Shown piece after piece: positions 1-13,706 of a DNA stretch of 64,000 bases. A program made the translations under genes and the position numbers. The first letter of the stretch is position 1; every line of letters begins with the position of its first letter. The notes under the pieces were generated by a model. That model did not search any database. It had not been told where the DNA came from and worked only from the letters and a program-made list of their open reading frames with translations. Source of the DNA: Felis catus (taxonomy: Eukaryota); assembly GCF_018350175.1 (NCBI RefSeq), contig NC_058368.1, positions 166,100,001-166,164,000 on the forward strand, given 5' to 3'.

Positions 1-624
1 GTGTAATGTGAATTTTTCTATTTTGATTTAATTGAATCACAATGGTTCAAATGTGTACACATACACATACAAACATTAATTGGCTGCATTCAGAGGTCTG
101 TGAAGCTGAAACATCAATATTTAAAGTTGATAAACTTTTAAAAGTTTATTAAAGAAGGTTTTAAACTGCATATTTACTTTTAAAAGGGGCCATATTGTAA
201 CATGGCAATCTGCACTTGTGTGGCAGTAAGGAAACTATGAAAAAAATCTCATCGCTACTTACACAACCCCATTAATGAAAACAGACTTAAAAAATATGTT
301 TGGAGGCTCTATTGCCCTCACACATATTCAAAAGTGACCCTAAAACAAACATATGTTTCCCACCTCCTAACTAAATCTCTCTGACACTCCATTTACTTCA
401 CTAATCTTAAAAACACACTTTATAAAGTTACAATTCATTAGATCTGAGATTGTTTAATATGGAGGACATCTGGGAATGGGTTCACTTAAACATCTGGGAC
501 ACATCACATCATTAGTCAAAAGAAAACATTGATGAGTCCCTGAGTGCTCAATATGGCTGAACTTCACAGGCCCAGGGATCATAGCAAGACTGATTTCATA
601 CACGTTTGCACACACATAATGCAT

Positions 625-668
<44 letters not shown>

Positions 669-670
669 AC
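625..670. repeat. (CA)n microsatellite
   Basis: Visible CA run; explains the spurious CVCVCV ORF 454-660. Confidence 0.95.
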
Positions 671-759
671 TAATCAAGAACTGAAAAAGAGAAATAGAAA
701 GAATAAAAGAGAGGAAATGAAAAGAGAAAAATAAAAGTATGTTTCTTAAAAAGTACGTA

Positions 760-1353
760 AGATCATCTCATTTTACTATTTATGGTTCCTTAATGAATTC
801 TCGCTGTGCATAGAGTAAAATTCCAATTCCCTTACATAATGAGCATAATGCCACATGACTTGGGTTCTGAATTCCTTTGAGACCTCACCACCTGCTACAT
901 TTCCTTTGGTATACAGTAGTATAGTACTAACATGAGCTTTCTTTTCCTGAACCTATAAAACTCCCAGGTCTTTCGTGCATTAGATCTTTACACTCATGTT
1001 CTCTTTGCATGAATTTTCTGACACCAAGTTTTCACATGGTCAGTTCTTTTTATTCAGATCTGATCAAATGTTACTTGATCTTCAGAGATATCATCTTGCC
1101 TAAAATTACCTGCCACCATATCTAAAGTGAGAAAGTCATCCTTTCTCACCATGTCAACCCAGTTTGATCACCATCATAACATTTAATGCCATTGAAAATT
1201 ATCATATTTGTAAAATAATTTATTTTTCTGTCCCTTCCATGTTCCATTTTAAGCACCATGCAAGGAAGTACTTTCTTTTACCATCCTATTCCACTCAACC
1301 TCAAATAAATAAAGCACTCAATAAAAAGGTTAAAAAATTAACAGATATGAATT
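760..1353 (+). mobile_element. LINE-2 3' fragment (degenerate)
   Basis: Pyrimidine-rich L2-like 3' region ending in 'aaagcactcaataaa...atgaattaa', resembling the L2 terminus. Boundaries approximate. Confidence 0.6.
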
Positions 1354-3563
1354 AACTGGTTACATATCTTTTTGAACTGGTTACATATTTTATTGGAGAT
1401 TATGGCCATATTTTGTTGAGTCTCCTTGGTCCATTGTATATCCCACAAATGTGGTTCGTTCTGAGTCACATAAATTCAGTCTTACCTTAGGGGAAGTACT
1501 CTTAACCAGAAATTGACTGAGGAATCTACCAGTTTAGTAAGATAGTGCTAAAAATGATTAATATCTCATTAAAGTCTCCACTCTATTTGCCACAGACTTT
1601 GGTGCACCATGAGTAAATGTAGATGATGTTTGACTACTGTCTTTACTGCCATGGCATGAAATGACAGCTTCATTGTAGCAGCAATGAATTTTTGCCTTAT
1701 AATTTGCAGCCAGAGAAGACAAGAAATGTGTATCTTTTGAATGAGTCATAGTTCGCCAAAATAGATTTTGGATAAAACTTTCTTGTTTAACAAAAATATA
1801 CAGAGTATTTTGCTGAAGCAATGGAAACAAAAGTTCCCAACATCGTTACTTTGTGAAAGTACATTTGGCAAATATATGGCCTTAGAATAACTTGAAAATA
1901 GGAAAGACACTAAATGTTTTACTGAATCAAAATGAAAAAAAAAAAAAAATCAGCACTATAGCAGCAACACAGTCCAAATTTGAGCCAATCAAGAAGAACA
2001 CTTTGAACAACTCTCTGCTTTTTATTCTCTTTTTTTCCACGAGGGAAATCTGTCTGGAGCTCTACAGATATCTGAGGTCTCCTCTCTTTCCTTCCTTGTT
2101 ACTTTTGAAAGGCATAGTTGAGCCTCAGAAAAAACAAATCACCAACAAGATGTATTTCAAACCTGACCTAATTCTGACTAGGCCACATGAGCATTTCAAG
2201 TACATATTTACCCTACAAGATTAATCTCATTTTGAGCAGTTATTCAGACGTGTAGATGTCAGTACATTAAACCAAACAAACTCAGTAACTATAATTGCAT
2301 TTTAAGTTCCTAGACACAGATTGACTATCAAGGGTAAATTTACATACCATGCTCTTGATAATTTGTTTTTCCTCTTATCACACTTAAAATAAATAAAACT
2401 TTATGCATAAAAACTTACCATTCTGGTCAATAGGATTATTTATTTTTATTTGTATTATTATTATTTCCCTTTTTTAATTTTTTGGCTTGTCATGGAGCTA
2501 GATGGATCAGACTATCATAGTCTGTGATCATTTACTCTGAATCTGGCTTTAATAAATAGCCAAATAGTTCCAAATAGTAATGTTCCTAAATACATGTTAT
2601 TCGGGGGTAAAGAAGACACATTTGTGTGCCCTCAGTAGTTGCACTTTCATTTTAAATCAACAAATTGCTATAAAGATTATAACAGATCCATGCATCATCT
2701 AATTCTCCAGAGCTTAGTCACCCTGGAGATCATACAAAATTGTAGTCCTGGACATAAAAAACTGAAAACAGAACGATGGACTTGCGGTGACTCCAATAAG
2801 AGGTAGATATCGCTGAGCTTGTGTCCGATCAATCAGCTAGTCACTCTATCTCTCTAAGCTATTTAATCTGTATCAGCAGCTAACAGAATCATTTAATAAA
2901 ATGGTCCTAAATATTTTTTGAGATATGTCAAAAATTCTAGAGCAAACATTCTTTATATTAATCCTATTTGTAAGATGTAAGAAGAGAAAAAATCATATTT
3001 AGTATCCTATTGTTATTAAATATTGAGGTGTAAGTTTAAATAGCATTAGACGAAGCTAGATTAATTTAGAGAGTGACAATTAGTGATTTCTAGTCCTTCT
3101 TACATCATCATATTTGTTTCTATTCAGTTAACTTCTACCATAAATCCATAAAACATCCCCATCCCTACCCATCATATCATTTATAATGTCCGGTGTAGTA
3201 CTTTTCCATTGTGGAGAAGTATCTCCTTATCTTTGTTCTAATTTCTAGTCTTTCATCTTTATACCTATCTTAATAAGTACTGAGGTTTTGTAATGATTCA
3301 ATGAGTGACTTAAGTTTTTATTAGTCTGCTCTATGGCAATTGCTCTTCAATCACTGAGGATACAGTGCTTAAAAGAGACATAATATCCCTGCTTATATGA
3401 AGCTTATAGTGGGGAAAGGCAATAAAGAAAGGAAGAAAGGAAAGGAGAACAAAGTAAAAAAATAACAATGAAAGAGAAAAAGAATGAAATAAGAAAGGAA
3501 GGGAGAAAGAAAGGAAGAATAAAAGAACAAAAATGTAGGCAAAAATATTAAAACTACCTGGCA

Positions 3564-3822
3564 GGGGTGCCTGGGTGGCAGTTAAGCATCTGACTCTCTA
3601 TTTTGGCTCAGTCATGATCTCAAGATCTGTGAGACTGAGCCCTGCACCAGCCTCTGCGCTGACAGCAAAGAGCTTGCTTGATATTCTCCTTCTCTCCCTC
3701 TTTCTGCCTTTCTCTCTCTCTCTTTCTCCCTCCCTCCCTCCCTTCCTCCCTCCCTCCCGCCTTCCCTCCTTCCCTCCTTCCCTCTCTTAAAATAAAAAAA
3801 AAATTTAAAAAAATAAAAATAA
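3564..3822 (+). mobile_element. Can-SINE (older carnivore subfamily)
   Basis: GGGGTGCCTGGGTGG head, CT-rich tract, A-tail; TSD aaa(a/g)ctacctggca on both sides. Confidence 0.95.
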
Positions 3823-3941
3823 AAAGCTACCTGGCAGTGTAAACACTACATAGATAAATTAATCTGAAGGGAATGACAGTAACCAGGTGACTAGTTTAGA
3901 TTGAATGATGTGGTTACACCTTACTTAAAAAATATATATCC

Positions 3942-4339
3942 TGACACTTTTTTAAAAAACAAGTAAGACTTTATTCAATATTATTCAGTAAAAATACTGT
4001 AATAGGGAAGAGAGATCCAACTCAACTCTGAACCAGAAAAGACAGCTGGGGATTTATAGCTAATGAGCAGAGGGGAGGGATCAGTGGATGGGCAATTCTA
4101 AGAGGAGACATCAAGGGTAGAGGGATCCTTGCTAAACTGACCTGACAAGACTCTTGCTGAAGACAAGACAGGGTGATCAAATATCAAGGATGGGGGATTC
4201 TGTCTAAACTGGCTTATCAGGATTCTTGCTAAATCTGATGTAGGCAGGCCAGGCAAGGACAGGGTTAAAGTTCAGGACAAGTTGAGAAGAGGGTTTTCAA
4301 AAGTCTACTAAAGTTTGGTCAAGGAGAAACTCTCTGCCA
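3942..4339 (-). mobile_element. MER31-like ERV1 solo LTR
   Basis: Reverse complement begins 'tggcagagagtttctccttgaccaaactttagt...ccctcttctcaact', matching my recollection of the MER31 5' end; internal 'cttgctaaact' repeats. Confidence 0.75.
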
Positions 4340-6189
4340 ACCTCTTTCTGGTTCAATTTAAATTAAATTAATTAAGTAAGGGTAGAGCTTAATTTGAGAT
4401 CTGAATATCAGTTAATGGCCAGTTAAGCAAATAACAAGGATAACAGCATTACAGACAGACAATAAATGTTCCTTAATAACTGGTTTGGTATAATGAAGAA
4501 AGTGAAAAACATCTGTGCAACTGGAGCAGAGACTGAGGTAGACAATGTCTATAAACCAGGACAAATAGTTCAGACAAATTTATTATACGTTTTGGGAAAA
4601 TAATCAATAGGAGTTGAATCAAATGTAGGGATTTAGGTGAAATCAAAGACCAGGGATATCTTCTAGATTGTTGCCTTGAACAAAACTTAGTGAACTGGCT
4701 GAGACTGGGAGACTGTGGAGGAAACAGACATGCAAAGAAATACTTGGTTTTATTTAGTTTGAGATGCTATTTCTAATCCCAATGTACAGGTCAATTGGCA
4801 CTTAGAGATAAGAGTCTAGATTTAATGGGTGTGTCCAGGGCTTCAGATGCATGACAAATAGATTTTTGTTTAATACCTTCAACTCAAATGATGTCACACA
4901 AAGAAATCAAGAAGAGGGCACAGGACAAAGATTCCAGGGTACTCTGACACTTAGAGGTCAAACCTAACATAGGAGCAGGCAAGAGCATAAATAAGTGTCT
5001 ACTATGAGGTAGAAGGAAATTCAGAAGGATGTGGCATCACAGAGGGTAAGAGAAGAATGAATTTCAAGAAGGAGCAAGAGGTCAATTACACTAATTTCTC
5101 TTGAGAGATTAAATTAAAGGTATCCATTGGTATATTTACTATAATAATTGCCATGAGTTTATTAGAATAGTATCCATATAAAGGTTGCAAGGTAAGAATT
5201 TATTCAATTATTTCATGAATATGTCTTGTAGATTATAGATATGGTGTGGAAACTGGAGGATGTAGAATCAATGGAGAGTATTAATTTTTATGACAAGAAA
5301 TAGCAGGTTTGTTTGCTAATGGGAATGATCCAATAAAGAGAGAGAAATTAATGAGTTAGACAAAGGGGAGAGTGCTTGAGGTGAGATCCAGAAATGGTAG
5401 CCTTAGACAGGATCAGAGACAATCTATCATCACCTAAGGAAAGAAAGTAATTAGGAAAACAGACTAGCAAATTTGTTGGTAGAAAGATTAGGTAGCTTTT
5501 GTATGATGGTCCTATTTTAGATAAAGTTCCACTTGAAAGTTGCATTTTTATCTTAAAATAAAAGCATCTAAAATATGACTGATCATGTTATTCCATAACT
5601 AAAATCGTTGACCTGCATTCTAAATCTCTTCATCCTAATTCTATTTTTTTTTCCTGGAACTGAAAAATTAAGATTAGCTTCTAGTTCTCTCTTAAGATGA
5701 CCTCTTTTATCCAGTTAACCACTGAAGTTTTGAAGGTTTCCTAGAAATACTCCTTGAAATGCTGCCTTTCTTCAACTCCCTCGCGTGCCCCTTTATTCTT
5801 TCTAAACTTAATGTGGTTGCTTCAAATACAGTCAACTACGTGGTCCACTTCTCTCCCAATGCAATCAGCATATCACTAGCAAATTTATCTTCTGGAATCT
5901 GTTTCATGTTATTTATGCCTTCTTAACAAGTCAATAGTTTATCCATAAAATAACTACTTGTGTAATTATATGCCTTTTTTCTGTAGTATACTATATAGTA
6001 AGCAATGGTGCCTACACATACACAATTGCTTCCATTATCAACTTGATGAGTCTCTATTTAATCCTGAAACCTGAGTTTATATTTAATCCTGAGTATACTG
6101 AGTCTTAGAGAGTCACTCCTACATTTTTTTTTTTTTAACCAGGGAAATGAGATTATCTGATTATATTTTAGTAAGTCATCCTGGGAACA

Positions 6190-6195
6190 GAAAAA

Positions 6196-6226
<31 letters not shown>

Positions 6227-6238
6227 CACATACATATA
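6190..6238. repeat. poly(A)-(TA)n simple repeat
   Basis: A-run followed by TA dinucleotide run. Confidence 0.85.
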
Positions 6239-6285
6239 CTGGAGGACAGCAAAACAAAAGGTTTGTTAAGACACAAAGTATTTCA

Positions 6286-6494
6286 GGGGCACCTGGGTGG
6301 CTCAGTCGGTTGAGCGTCCGACTTCGGCTCAAGTCATGATCTCGCGGTCTATGAGTTCGAGCCCCGCGTCGGGCTCTGTGCCGACAGCACCGAGCCGGAG
6401 CCTGTTTCGGATTCTGTGTCTCCCTCTCTCTGACCCTCCCCCGTTCATGCTCTGTCTCTCTCTGTCTCAAAAATAAATAAACGTTAAAAAAAAA
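6286..6494 (+). mobile_element. Can-SINE, felid SINEC_Fc type (young)
   Basis: Pol III A box (TGGCTCAGTCGG) and B box (GAGTTCGAGCCC), CpGs retained, A-tail; perfect 18-bp TSD aagacacaaagtatttca (6268-6285, 6495-6512). Confidence 0.97.
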
Positions 6495-7859
6495 AAGACA
6501 CAAAGTATTTCAGAAAAAAAAACTAAAAAGGGAATGTGAAAAAGTTAATACTTTTAAGCATCTTAAGTGTCAAAAATTTCTTCTCTTCTAACAAATGCAA
6601 TACTCCGTATCTCTGTCCAACCATTGGATAAATCTACTGTGGTTGCTTACCCATTTGTCTCTGTGTAACTTTTCAAATACATAGTAAGAAAATATGGACT
6701 CTCTCATTAACCTTTACATCTGATTCCATAGTTACCATTAGCCTGGATGGGCTTTCTGTAGCGCCTAGAAAAAGTGTCAGAAAGTAGGAGCCCTGCGGTA
6801 TCGTTACATCTTTAAGCAGTAGACAATGAGGCCATTAATTCATTGAGACACTCGTGTTACACCCTAAAATGATATGTACTATATGTTTTAATGTATAATA
6901 CCTATACATTAAAATACATTAATAATGCAGTATCAATTTTTATTTCCTCACATTTACACCTAGGAAAAAGTCAGAAATCTTCCATTTGCAAATCTGGTAA
7001 TTTGTGTATACCACCTTCCACAGAGATTGCATAAAGTGCTTAACTTCTGTTGCAAATAAAAACTAAAACAATAGCTTTTGTCGGGCATGGTGAGCTAAAT
7101 AGAATCCTAAGTAAGGTATTTATTAAGCAAAAGATATAAATACAGATAATAATTATTAATTCAGGAATAATAGGAGTAACTATATTGTTATAGAATGTAT
7201 TTAAATAATAATTCTATAGTTGTATTTGATTTTTCAATGATAAATATAGAAACATTAAGTAAATGGATTAAAGCCTGAAAGAAATTAATTCCAACATAGA
7301 TACATTTTATTCTTTTTCCGTAATATAATTAATCTCTTCTTTATACTTTAATTAGGTTAGAATACTTATAAATACCTAATTTTAAATGAAAATTTAACTG
7401 CTTAATATAAAAATATGTAATCAAGTTACAGATGGCATCATATTTGGGATTAGTAACATGTAATAACATCAAATGACAGCCTAAGTTAACATTTTCATCT
7501 ATCTTAATAACTGAATCATTTTATTAGCTATTCACAAATCAATGAGTGTAAGGGTTAAACAATACCAGCAACGGATTCAATGCTAATACATACACATACA
7601 CAAACACACATGCATACCATATAATTAAAATGTTACTTTTAAAAGTTAACTGGATTTCTTTTGGCTATACAGAAATAAGAGATATAATCTCTGTATTCTG
7701 CAAACCTGTGAGAAAACATAAAAATACTGAATTGAAAAAATAAACAATGACAGCAGTCACTAATTGCGATCATTTGTTAACAGGTATTGAAAACTAACAA
7801 CTTAGCCAAGATAAGATATTCTCACAAGGTCAGACTAATTCTTCATCCTCTTTGATCCT

Positions 7860-8378
7860 ATACTTACAATCTAGTTACTCTTTTTCTCCTCCAGATTCAC
7901 TCTTCACCCTATTCCACCAAGCCCTGTGTCTAGACTTTGAACCTTGTCACACTACATCAATAGGATCCTCTTGCTTTCTGGTTTCTGATTGGGTATGACT
8001 AATGAGATGCATCAAAAGGAGAACCAAAGGCCCAACATATTCTTGCCTTAGTTCCTTCCCATCTGGAAGATGTTGGTTGGCATTGTCTCCATTCCTCTAT
8101 TTAATAAAGAGCACATGTTCTGTATGCCTGGATCTCTCCTAAGCTCTCTCTTAGCTACCAGCTTTCCCTGAATTTTGGTAACTCCTGCTTCTCTTTTTTT
8201 TTTTCTTCATGAGATGTGGTCATTAGTTTCTCTCAATTGTCACCCTGAAAGTGCTCCATGATTTTTGATTCCCATTAACCTGTCTACACTTTTTTAATCA
8301 GCTATTTTATTAAAATTGTATCATTTATCTTTTTTTTCTTTTATTCGGCCAATCCATTATCTTCTGGAATGCTAATAC
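7860..8378 (+). mobile_element. LTR33-like ERVL solo LTR (ancient)
   Basis: 'ccagattcactcttcaccct...cctcttgctttctggtttctgattgggtatgactaatgagatgcatc' resembles LTR33 consensus; ends 'ctaataca'. Confidence 0.65.
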
Positions 8379-8556
8379 ATAAAATAAATAAAAACTGAAA
8401 TTGTCAAAATAACTTGACAATGGCAATATAAGATGAAGATGTAATCAAAAATACATCATGACAAACCAGTTATTTACATTAAAATACAAATATCTCCAGT
8501 TCCTCCCTTTGACTTTCATACTTTGCCCTTTTATTGTCTTATTAAATTAAAATACA

Positions 8557-8782
8557 GGGGCACCTGGGTGGCGCAGTCGGTTAAGCGTCCGACTTCAGCC
8601 AGGTCACAATCTCACGGTCTGTGAGTTCGAGCCCCGCGTCAGGCTCTGGGCTGATGGCTCAGAGCCTGGAGCCTGTTTCCGATTCTGTCTCCCTCTCTCT
8701 CTTCCCCTCCCCCATTCATGCTCTGTCTCTCTCTGTCCCAAAAATAAATAAACGTTGAAAAAAAGATTAAAAAAAATAAAAA
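8557..8782 (+). mobile_element. Can-SINE, felid SINEC_Fc (young)
   Basis: 'gcgcagtcggttaagcgtccgacttcagccaggtcac...ctctgggctgatggctc' diagnostic; perfect 14-bp TSD taaattaaaataca (8543-8556, 8783-8796). Confidence 0.97.
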
Positions 8783-9829
8783 TAAATTAAAATACAAACA
8801 GTTGTGAAATACCAAACAAGAAAATGAGACTATAATAATAAGATTTATAGATTTCTTGCTGTATTTATGGAGGGAGGAGTGATGTGATGAGATTTGCATT
8901 TTGAGTCTCTGACAGCTGTGCTAGAAGTGGATTAGAGAAAGCAATGAATGGACATTGGGGACAGACAGGGCAGAAGACCAGTGCATTTGACAGGGGAGAA
9001 AGTCTAACATAATCCTTACATTAACACAACTATAGCTTGGCCACTTCAATGTTTTAATGAGCATTCCCTCTTCATTGTTTACTTCTTATTTTAATTGGCT
9101 GTCATAATTCTTTATAATTTTTTTACTCTCTTCCATGAAAAGATGCTTAATATTTTGTGTGTCATAGTTTCCTGTGAGAAACTGATGAAAATGTTGTTGT
9201 TCTTTTGTTCAGAAATGATTAATGAAGGTACACACACAAAAACTTCACTCAGATTTACAAGGTTCTTAGCCAAAATCCATACAGAGACTCATAAGTAAAC
9301 CATACATGAACCACAAGAGAATGGTTTGGTAAATATTCTGATTAGATAAGTAGAACTAGGTTTATATTACTGTTTTATGTCCATATCATAAAAATAATTT
9401 GTATTAATCAGGATGTAAGCACATATCATAAAATGTAAAATATGGGTAATAATTTGAGAAATATTAATGAATCCTTGCTGATGTTAGCCTGAGGCATCCA
9501 ATTTTCTGAGGTTTCTGTGTTTTTGTTTAGTTTATTTTTGATAAGGCAGGTAGGACAGAGAGAAAGGGAATGCTTCAGAGCTATTTTAATAGGAAGGAGA
9601 AAAATATTCAAATTCTGATCCAATAGGATTTTTCCTTAATATGGTTAAAATTTTAAACGCAGATATTCTTGTATCTAAAGTCCTATTTAGGACATGTTGT
9701 ACATTTTAGTGTCAGATACCAAGTCATACTTTATGTGAAGATTAGAAATCATTACCAAAGGCCTAACCTTTCCAGGCAATACTAAAGGAAAAGTGAGAGC
9801 ACTTTAAAGCCATGATTTATAGAAAGAAA

Positions 9830-10995
9830 TGATTCTGAATTTCTTTATCATATTAATTCAAAACTGCATGGCTCACATCAACTTTCAGCCTCACTGTAGA
9901 AAGGATAGATTTTGTGCCCATGGTATAAGTCATGAGGGCCTCTGTCCCAGGGGAAGAGGATATAACATCGATTAATCCTAATTAAAAATGGAAGGAAGAA
10001 CAACAGAATTTCTTTTAGCAAAGGTGATTACTATATCAGAAGGAAAGAAAAAAATGGAAGGAAAGATTGTCATGGCAGTGATCTCTGCTCTTTGGTGTTC
10101 AGTGCAATGTGATGAAGGTATGTGAGGTTATTTTAAGAAAAAAATGGCAAGTCTAAGGGCTTTTGCCTGAATTCAGATTTTATGTTTGAGACTCCTGAAA
10201 GAGATCATACTACAGGCTCTCAAGAGCATTTATTTTGAATGTGGGACATCAGTATAAAACAGTTGATACACCATGCCAAGCCTAGGATGTCTTGAGCTTT
10301 TTTAGTTGCCAGGATTCACAGAAGAGACCAGGATGCTCCTGATTGTCCCTGTGGGAGGCACGGTATTTAGCTGACGTTATATAATCAAATAATTTGTGGT
10401 AAGGGAATTTCCATCATCAGGTAGAAAGTGGTGGTATAATGGATGGCGGTACAGCAGAAAACCTGAGCTGGGTACCATGTAGAACTAAAAAAAAAAAAAA
10501 AAAATTCACAGCACTAGTAGCAGAAGCAAAAACAAAGTTGGACCAGTGCCTTTCCTAGGAGGCTATAGCATATTACTAAGCAGAGAGAGAAAGAGTACAG
10601 ACCATGAATTCCTTGTGCTTCAACTTTTAGAAGCTAATCTTGACCTAATTCTCAGGAAAGAAACTGATAGTTACAACAGATACTAGGACTGGGAACAGTT
10701 AAAAAATATTAAGCACAAATCAGAGGCACTTTCTTTCCCTCAACCAATAGGACCCAAGAGAGAGCTTAACATGGAGAGGGGGGTTCTTAAAGACTGAAGG
10801 ACTGAACATTAATCTAAAAAAAGAGAGAGTTACTTAAAAAAAAAAAGATCAAACTTCAGGATCACCCTGAAATTACTACAGTCAACCAAAATTGATATTT
10901 TCTTATACTGAAATAAATTAGAATAGTTTCAGGGAAATGAAGAAACTATTTTTCCCGCACACCTTACAGTACTATGGATAAATCTGTGAATGTAT
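9830..10995 (+). mobile_element. Possible ancient Gypsy-like LTR (MamGypLTR/LTR8x class)
   Basis: 3' end 'gaaatgaagaaactatttttcccgcacacct...ggataaatctgtga' resembles recalled MamGypLTR termini; purine-rich body. Family and boundaries uncertain. Confidence 0.4.
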
Positions 10996-12429
10996 TTAAA
11001 TGGCTTACAACATACTAAGATAATGTCTTTTATTTTTCTTTTGGAGTGGACAATACTTATCATAAAAGAATTCTGACTAGAAAATCTATTTAACTAGAAA
11101 AAGAAATTTAAGTGAATGTAACAGAATAACTACCTGAGTCTGATCCAATGCACCCATTAATTCTGTACCCTGGGAATAAGGCACCTATCCTATGATGATG
11201 GCTTTATGATTGAAAAACCATAAAAACATAATTGAATAGTAATTAGAAAAAGAATAATTCATGGCTTAATTAGTTCTATCTTGGTTAAAAAAATGTGGGA
11301 AAATATTTGGGTGGAGTTTCTGCAATATGACACAATATCGTTTAACAAAATCATTTATCATTTTAAGGATAAAATCAAAATTATATAGGAAATAATAAAA
11401 GCTTCATAATTAAGGATACTTAAGTAAGTTGTACATCTTTTGGTTGTTACAGCTTTTGTTTCTTTTTTTTCCCATTGAATTTGTTTGAAGTCGGCCATGA
11501 TATCATTTCTCATAAGTTGCATATCCATTATGTCTCACTTGATTTGCTATTGTACACTACTACCTGGAAACACCCATGAATTCAAAAGTGGTGGAAGATC
11601 ATGTTCTTTCCCTGCTAAAAACACTTAATCTGTTGCTTATGTGTTCTCACTTTCCCTTTAGTATCACCCAGAAGGGTTGAGAATTTGATGATTTCTAATC
11701 TTTACATAAAGTTTAACTTGGTACATGACACTAAAATGCACAACATGTCCTAAATATAAGGCTCATCAAAGAAAAAACAGAATTTGCTACAGAAAATGGG
11801 ACTATGATATGAAGTGACAAAGGGTTTAAAAAGGAGTACACTGGCATGTTCTATTTCTATAATGCCCACTCAACCTGCATTACATCTTATATTGTTTCAC
11901 TTACTTTCACTTATGAAGCCAGAGAAGCCAGAAACTTGTGATTAGCTCCATTCTCTATAGCTCCTGATTATATAATGTTCCCTCTGTCTGGGAGAACTTG
12001 TATTAATTTCAAAGTTTTGACGATGTTCCTATGCAGAACAAAACTTTGTTATATATGTAATACAGCTTAACCTAGGATCATAGTCATCAGTTACAAAATG
12101 GTTTCTGCAGGTTAAGTTTTTTTATGACACACAAAGAATGAAAATAGGGGCACCCTAGAACCAAATGGGCTTCAGCACAAATATCTTCCAATCAGGGAAC
12201 TGAAAGAAGAAAAGACAGAGACTGTCTCTCATCTCACTACCACAGCTTTATCATGCTATATTAGCATTGAGAAAGAAACATGGAGATTCAGGGGCATTCC
12301 TCTTTGGTCCTATGGTACAGTGTTCCAAGGGAGACAGCACCGAAATTAGATTGTGCATATAAAAGCTCAATACTTTAGCAATACTGTGGACTAACTAAAA
12401 TTTTATAGGCTGGTATAAAACACTGTCAT

Positions 12430-13205
12430 CCAGCCCACTGGCCATTTAACCCAGAAAGGTGAAAAATGTCCTGGATTTCATCTCCTCCCTTTATCACCAA
12501 TTGCCCTAATATCTTTCGAAAAATACAAAATATCCCTTTTTACTCCATGATACTGCCTTCGTTCATGTTCTCACTGTTTTATTGTTTGTTTTGTTTTGTT
12601 TTGTTTTTTTGTTCTTGGCTATTGTGAAAGGCTCTTAATGATTTTCTCTGCTTTTAATCTTTTCCCTGTACAGACACTGATTATTTGGTATCACATTCCT
12701 CCACCACATAAAACTTCTCAATGACTCCTCAATCACTTATTATCTGGCCTAAGTTTCTGCCAATTTTTCTTTTGCTCACACATAACAAATTATTTTTGCA
12801 CAAATATGTCATTATACCTAATGACCTAGGCCATTGCATGTGCTCTTTCCTCTGTCTGGTATGTTCTTTCTCGGTCCCTTCCTATCTATCTACTTGTAAT
12901 ATTCCACAAGCCTTGAAGAGTGACATTACTACTGACTGTTCAGAAGACCTTTTTGTGTCTGTTTCAGTAGAAAACAGCACCTGCCTATCTATTTCCATTG
13001 CACAATTATACATTTATTATACTATGAATCTGACAGGTTATGTTGATTGAATTGCTGGCATGTTTTCCTCTCCACTAAGCTAAAAAAGGGCATTTTTTAA
13101 GAGGAGGGTTAATATCTCCCCCCTCCTTTTTTTGGGTAATATTTTGCAATGTGAATAAGTACATACTCAACAAGTAATTGCTTAAATGAATAAGTGAATG
13201 AATTC
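12430..13205 (+). mobile_element. LINE-2 3' fragment
   Basis: L2-like pyrimidine-rich body ending 'actcaacaagtaattgcttaaatgaataagtgaatgaat' (TGAA-type tail). Confidence 0.65.
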
Positions 13206-13665
13206 AATTCTTGCTATTTTAATGATAAACACGCATCTATTATTCTACATCACTGGTTTATGTGACTTTAAGGGACCTAACCCCTTTGTAAGTTGAAGAC
13301 AACCTCTTCTTGTTCTTTTCTCTGACTTATTCAATTAAATATTAATAATTCAATTTAGAACACAGTATTTGAGAACTCTGCACATAGTATATATTATGGT
13401 TGCAAAGACACCATTTTTGACCTCAGTGTTCACAATGTCATTTATGTGTCAAAGAAAGAGGACTTATAAATAAAAGGATACATTGAATCAAAATAATTTC
13501 CTACTGAGGCTTCTTTAATATACATTCTCCTTGACACAGCTAATTGATCACTGTTTCCTTTTTCCTCTTATGGAATTGTATGAAATTCTATTTCCAGTTT
13601 TTTCCCACCAACCTATAATAATTCTTTGATTCTGTCATCTCCCAGAAATAAAGAATGAAAAAAAG

Positions 13666-13706
13666 TGTGTGTGTGCACACGTGTGTGTGTGTGTATATAC
13701 ACACAC
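13666..13706. repeat. (TG)n/(CA)n compound microsatellite
   Basis: Visible alternating purine-pyrimidine run. Confidence 0.85.

Larger units (their letters stand above)
3290..5510 (-). mobile_element. LINE-2 fragments, interrupted by a Can-SINE and a MER31-like LTR
   Basis: Antisense L2 motifs, e.g. 'tttgagatgctat...caggtcaattggcacttagagataagagtctag' (~4759-4820); 3'-end-like segment at ~3290-3410. Boundaries approximate. Confidence 0.6.

Noticed and set aside
2711..2802. Possible internal exon SLVTLEIIQNCSPGHKKLKTERWTCGDSNK
   Set aside because: Weak donor (GTAGAT), no recognisable protein, no consistent exon chain.
6286..6370. tRNA gene call for SINE heads
   Set aside because: The A/B boxes belong to tRNA-derived Can-SINEs with CT tract, A-tail and TSD; these are not tRNA genes.
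12056..12422. Possible additional TG...CA solo LTR
   Set aside because: No family recognised and no convincing TSD.
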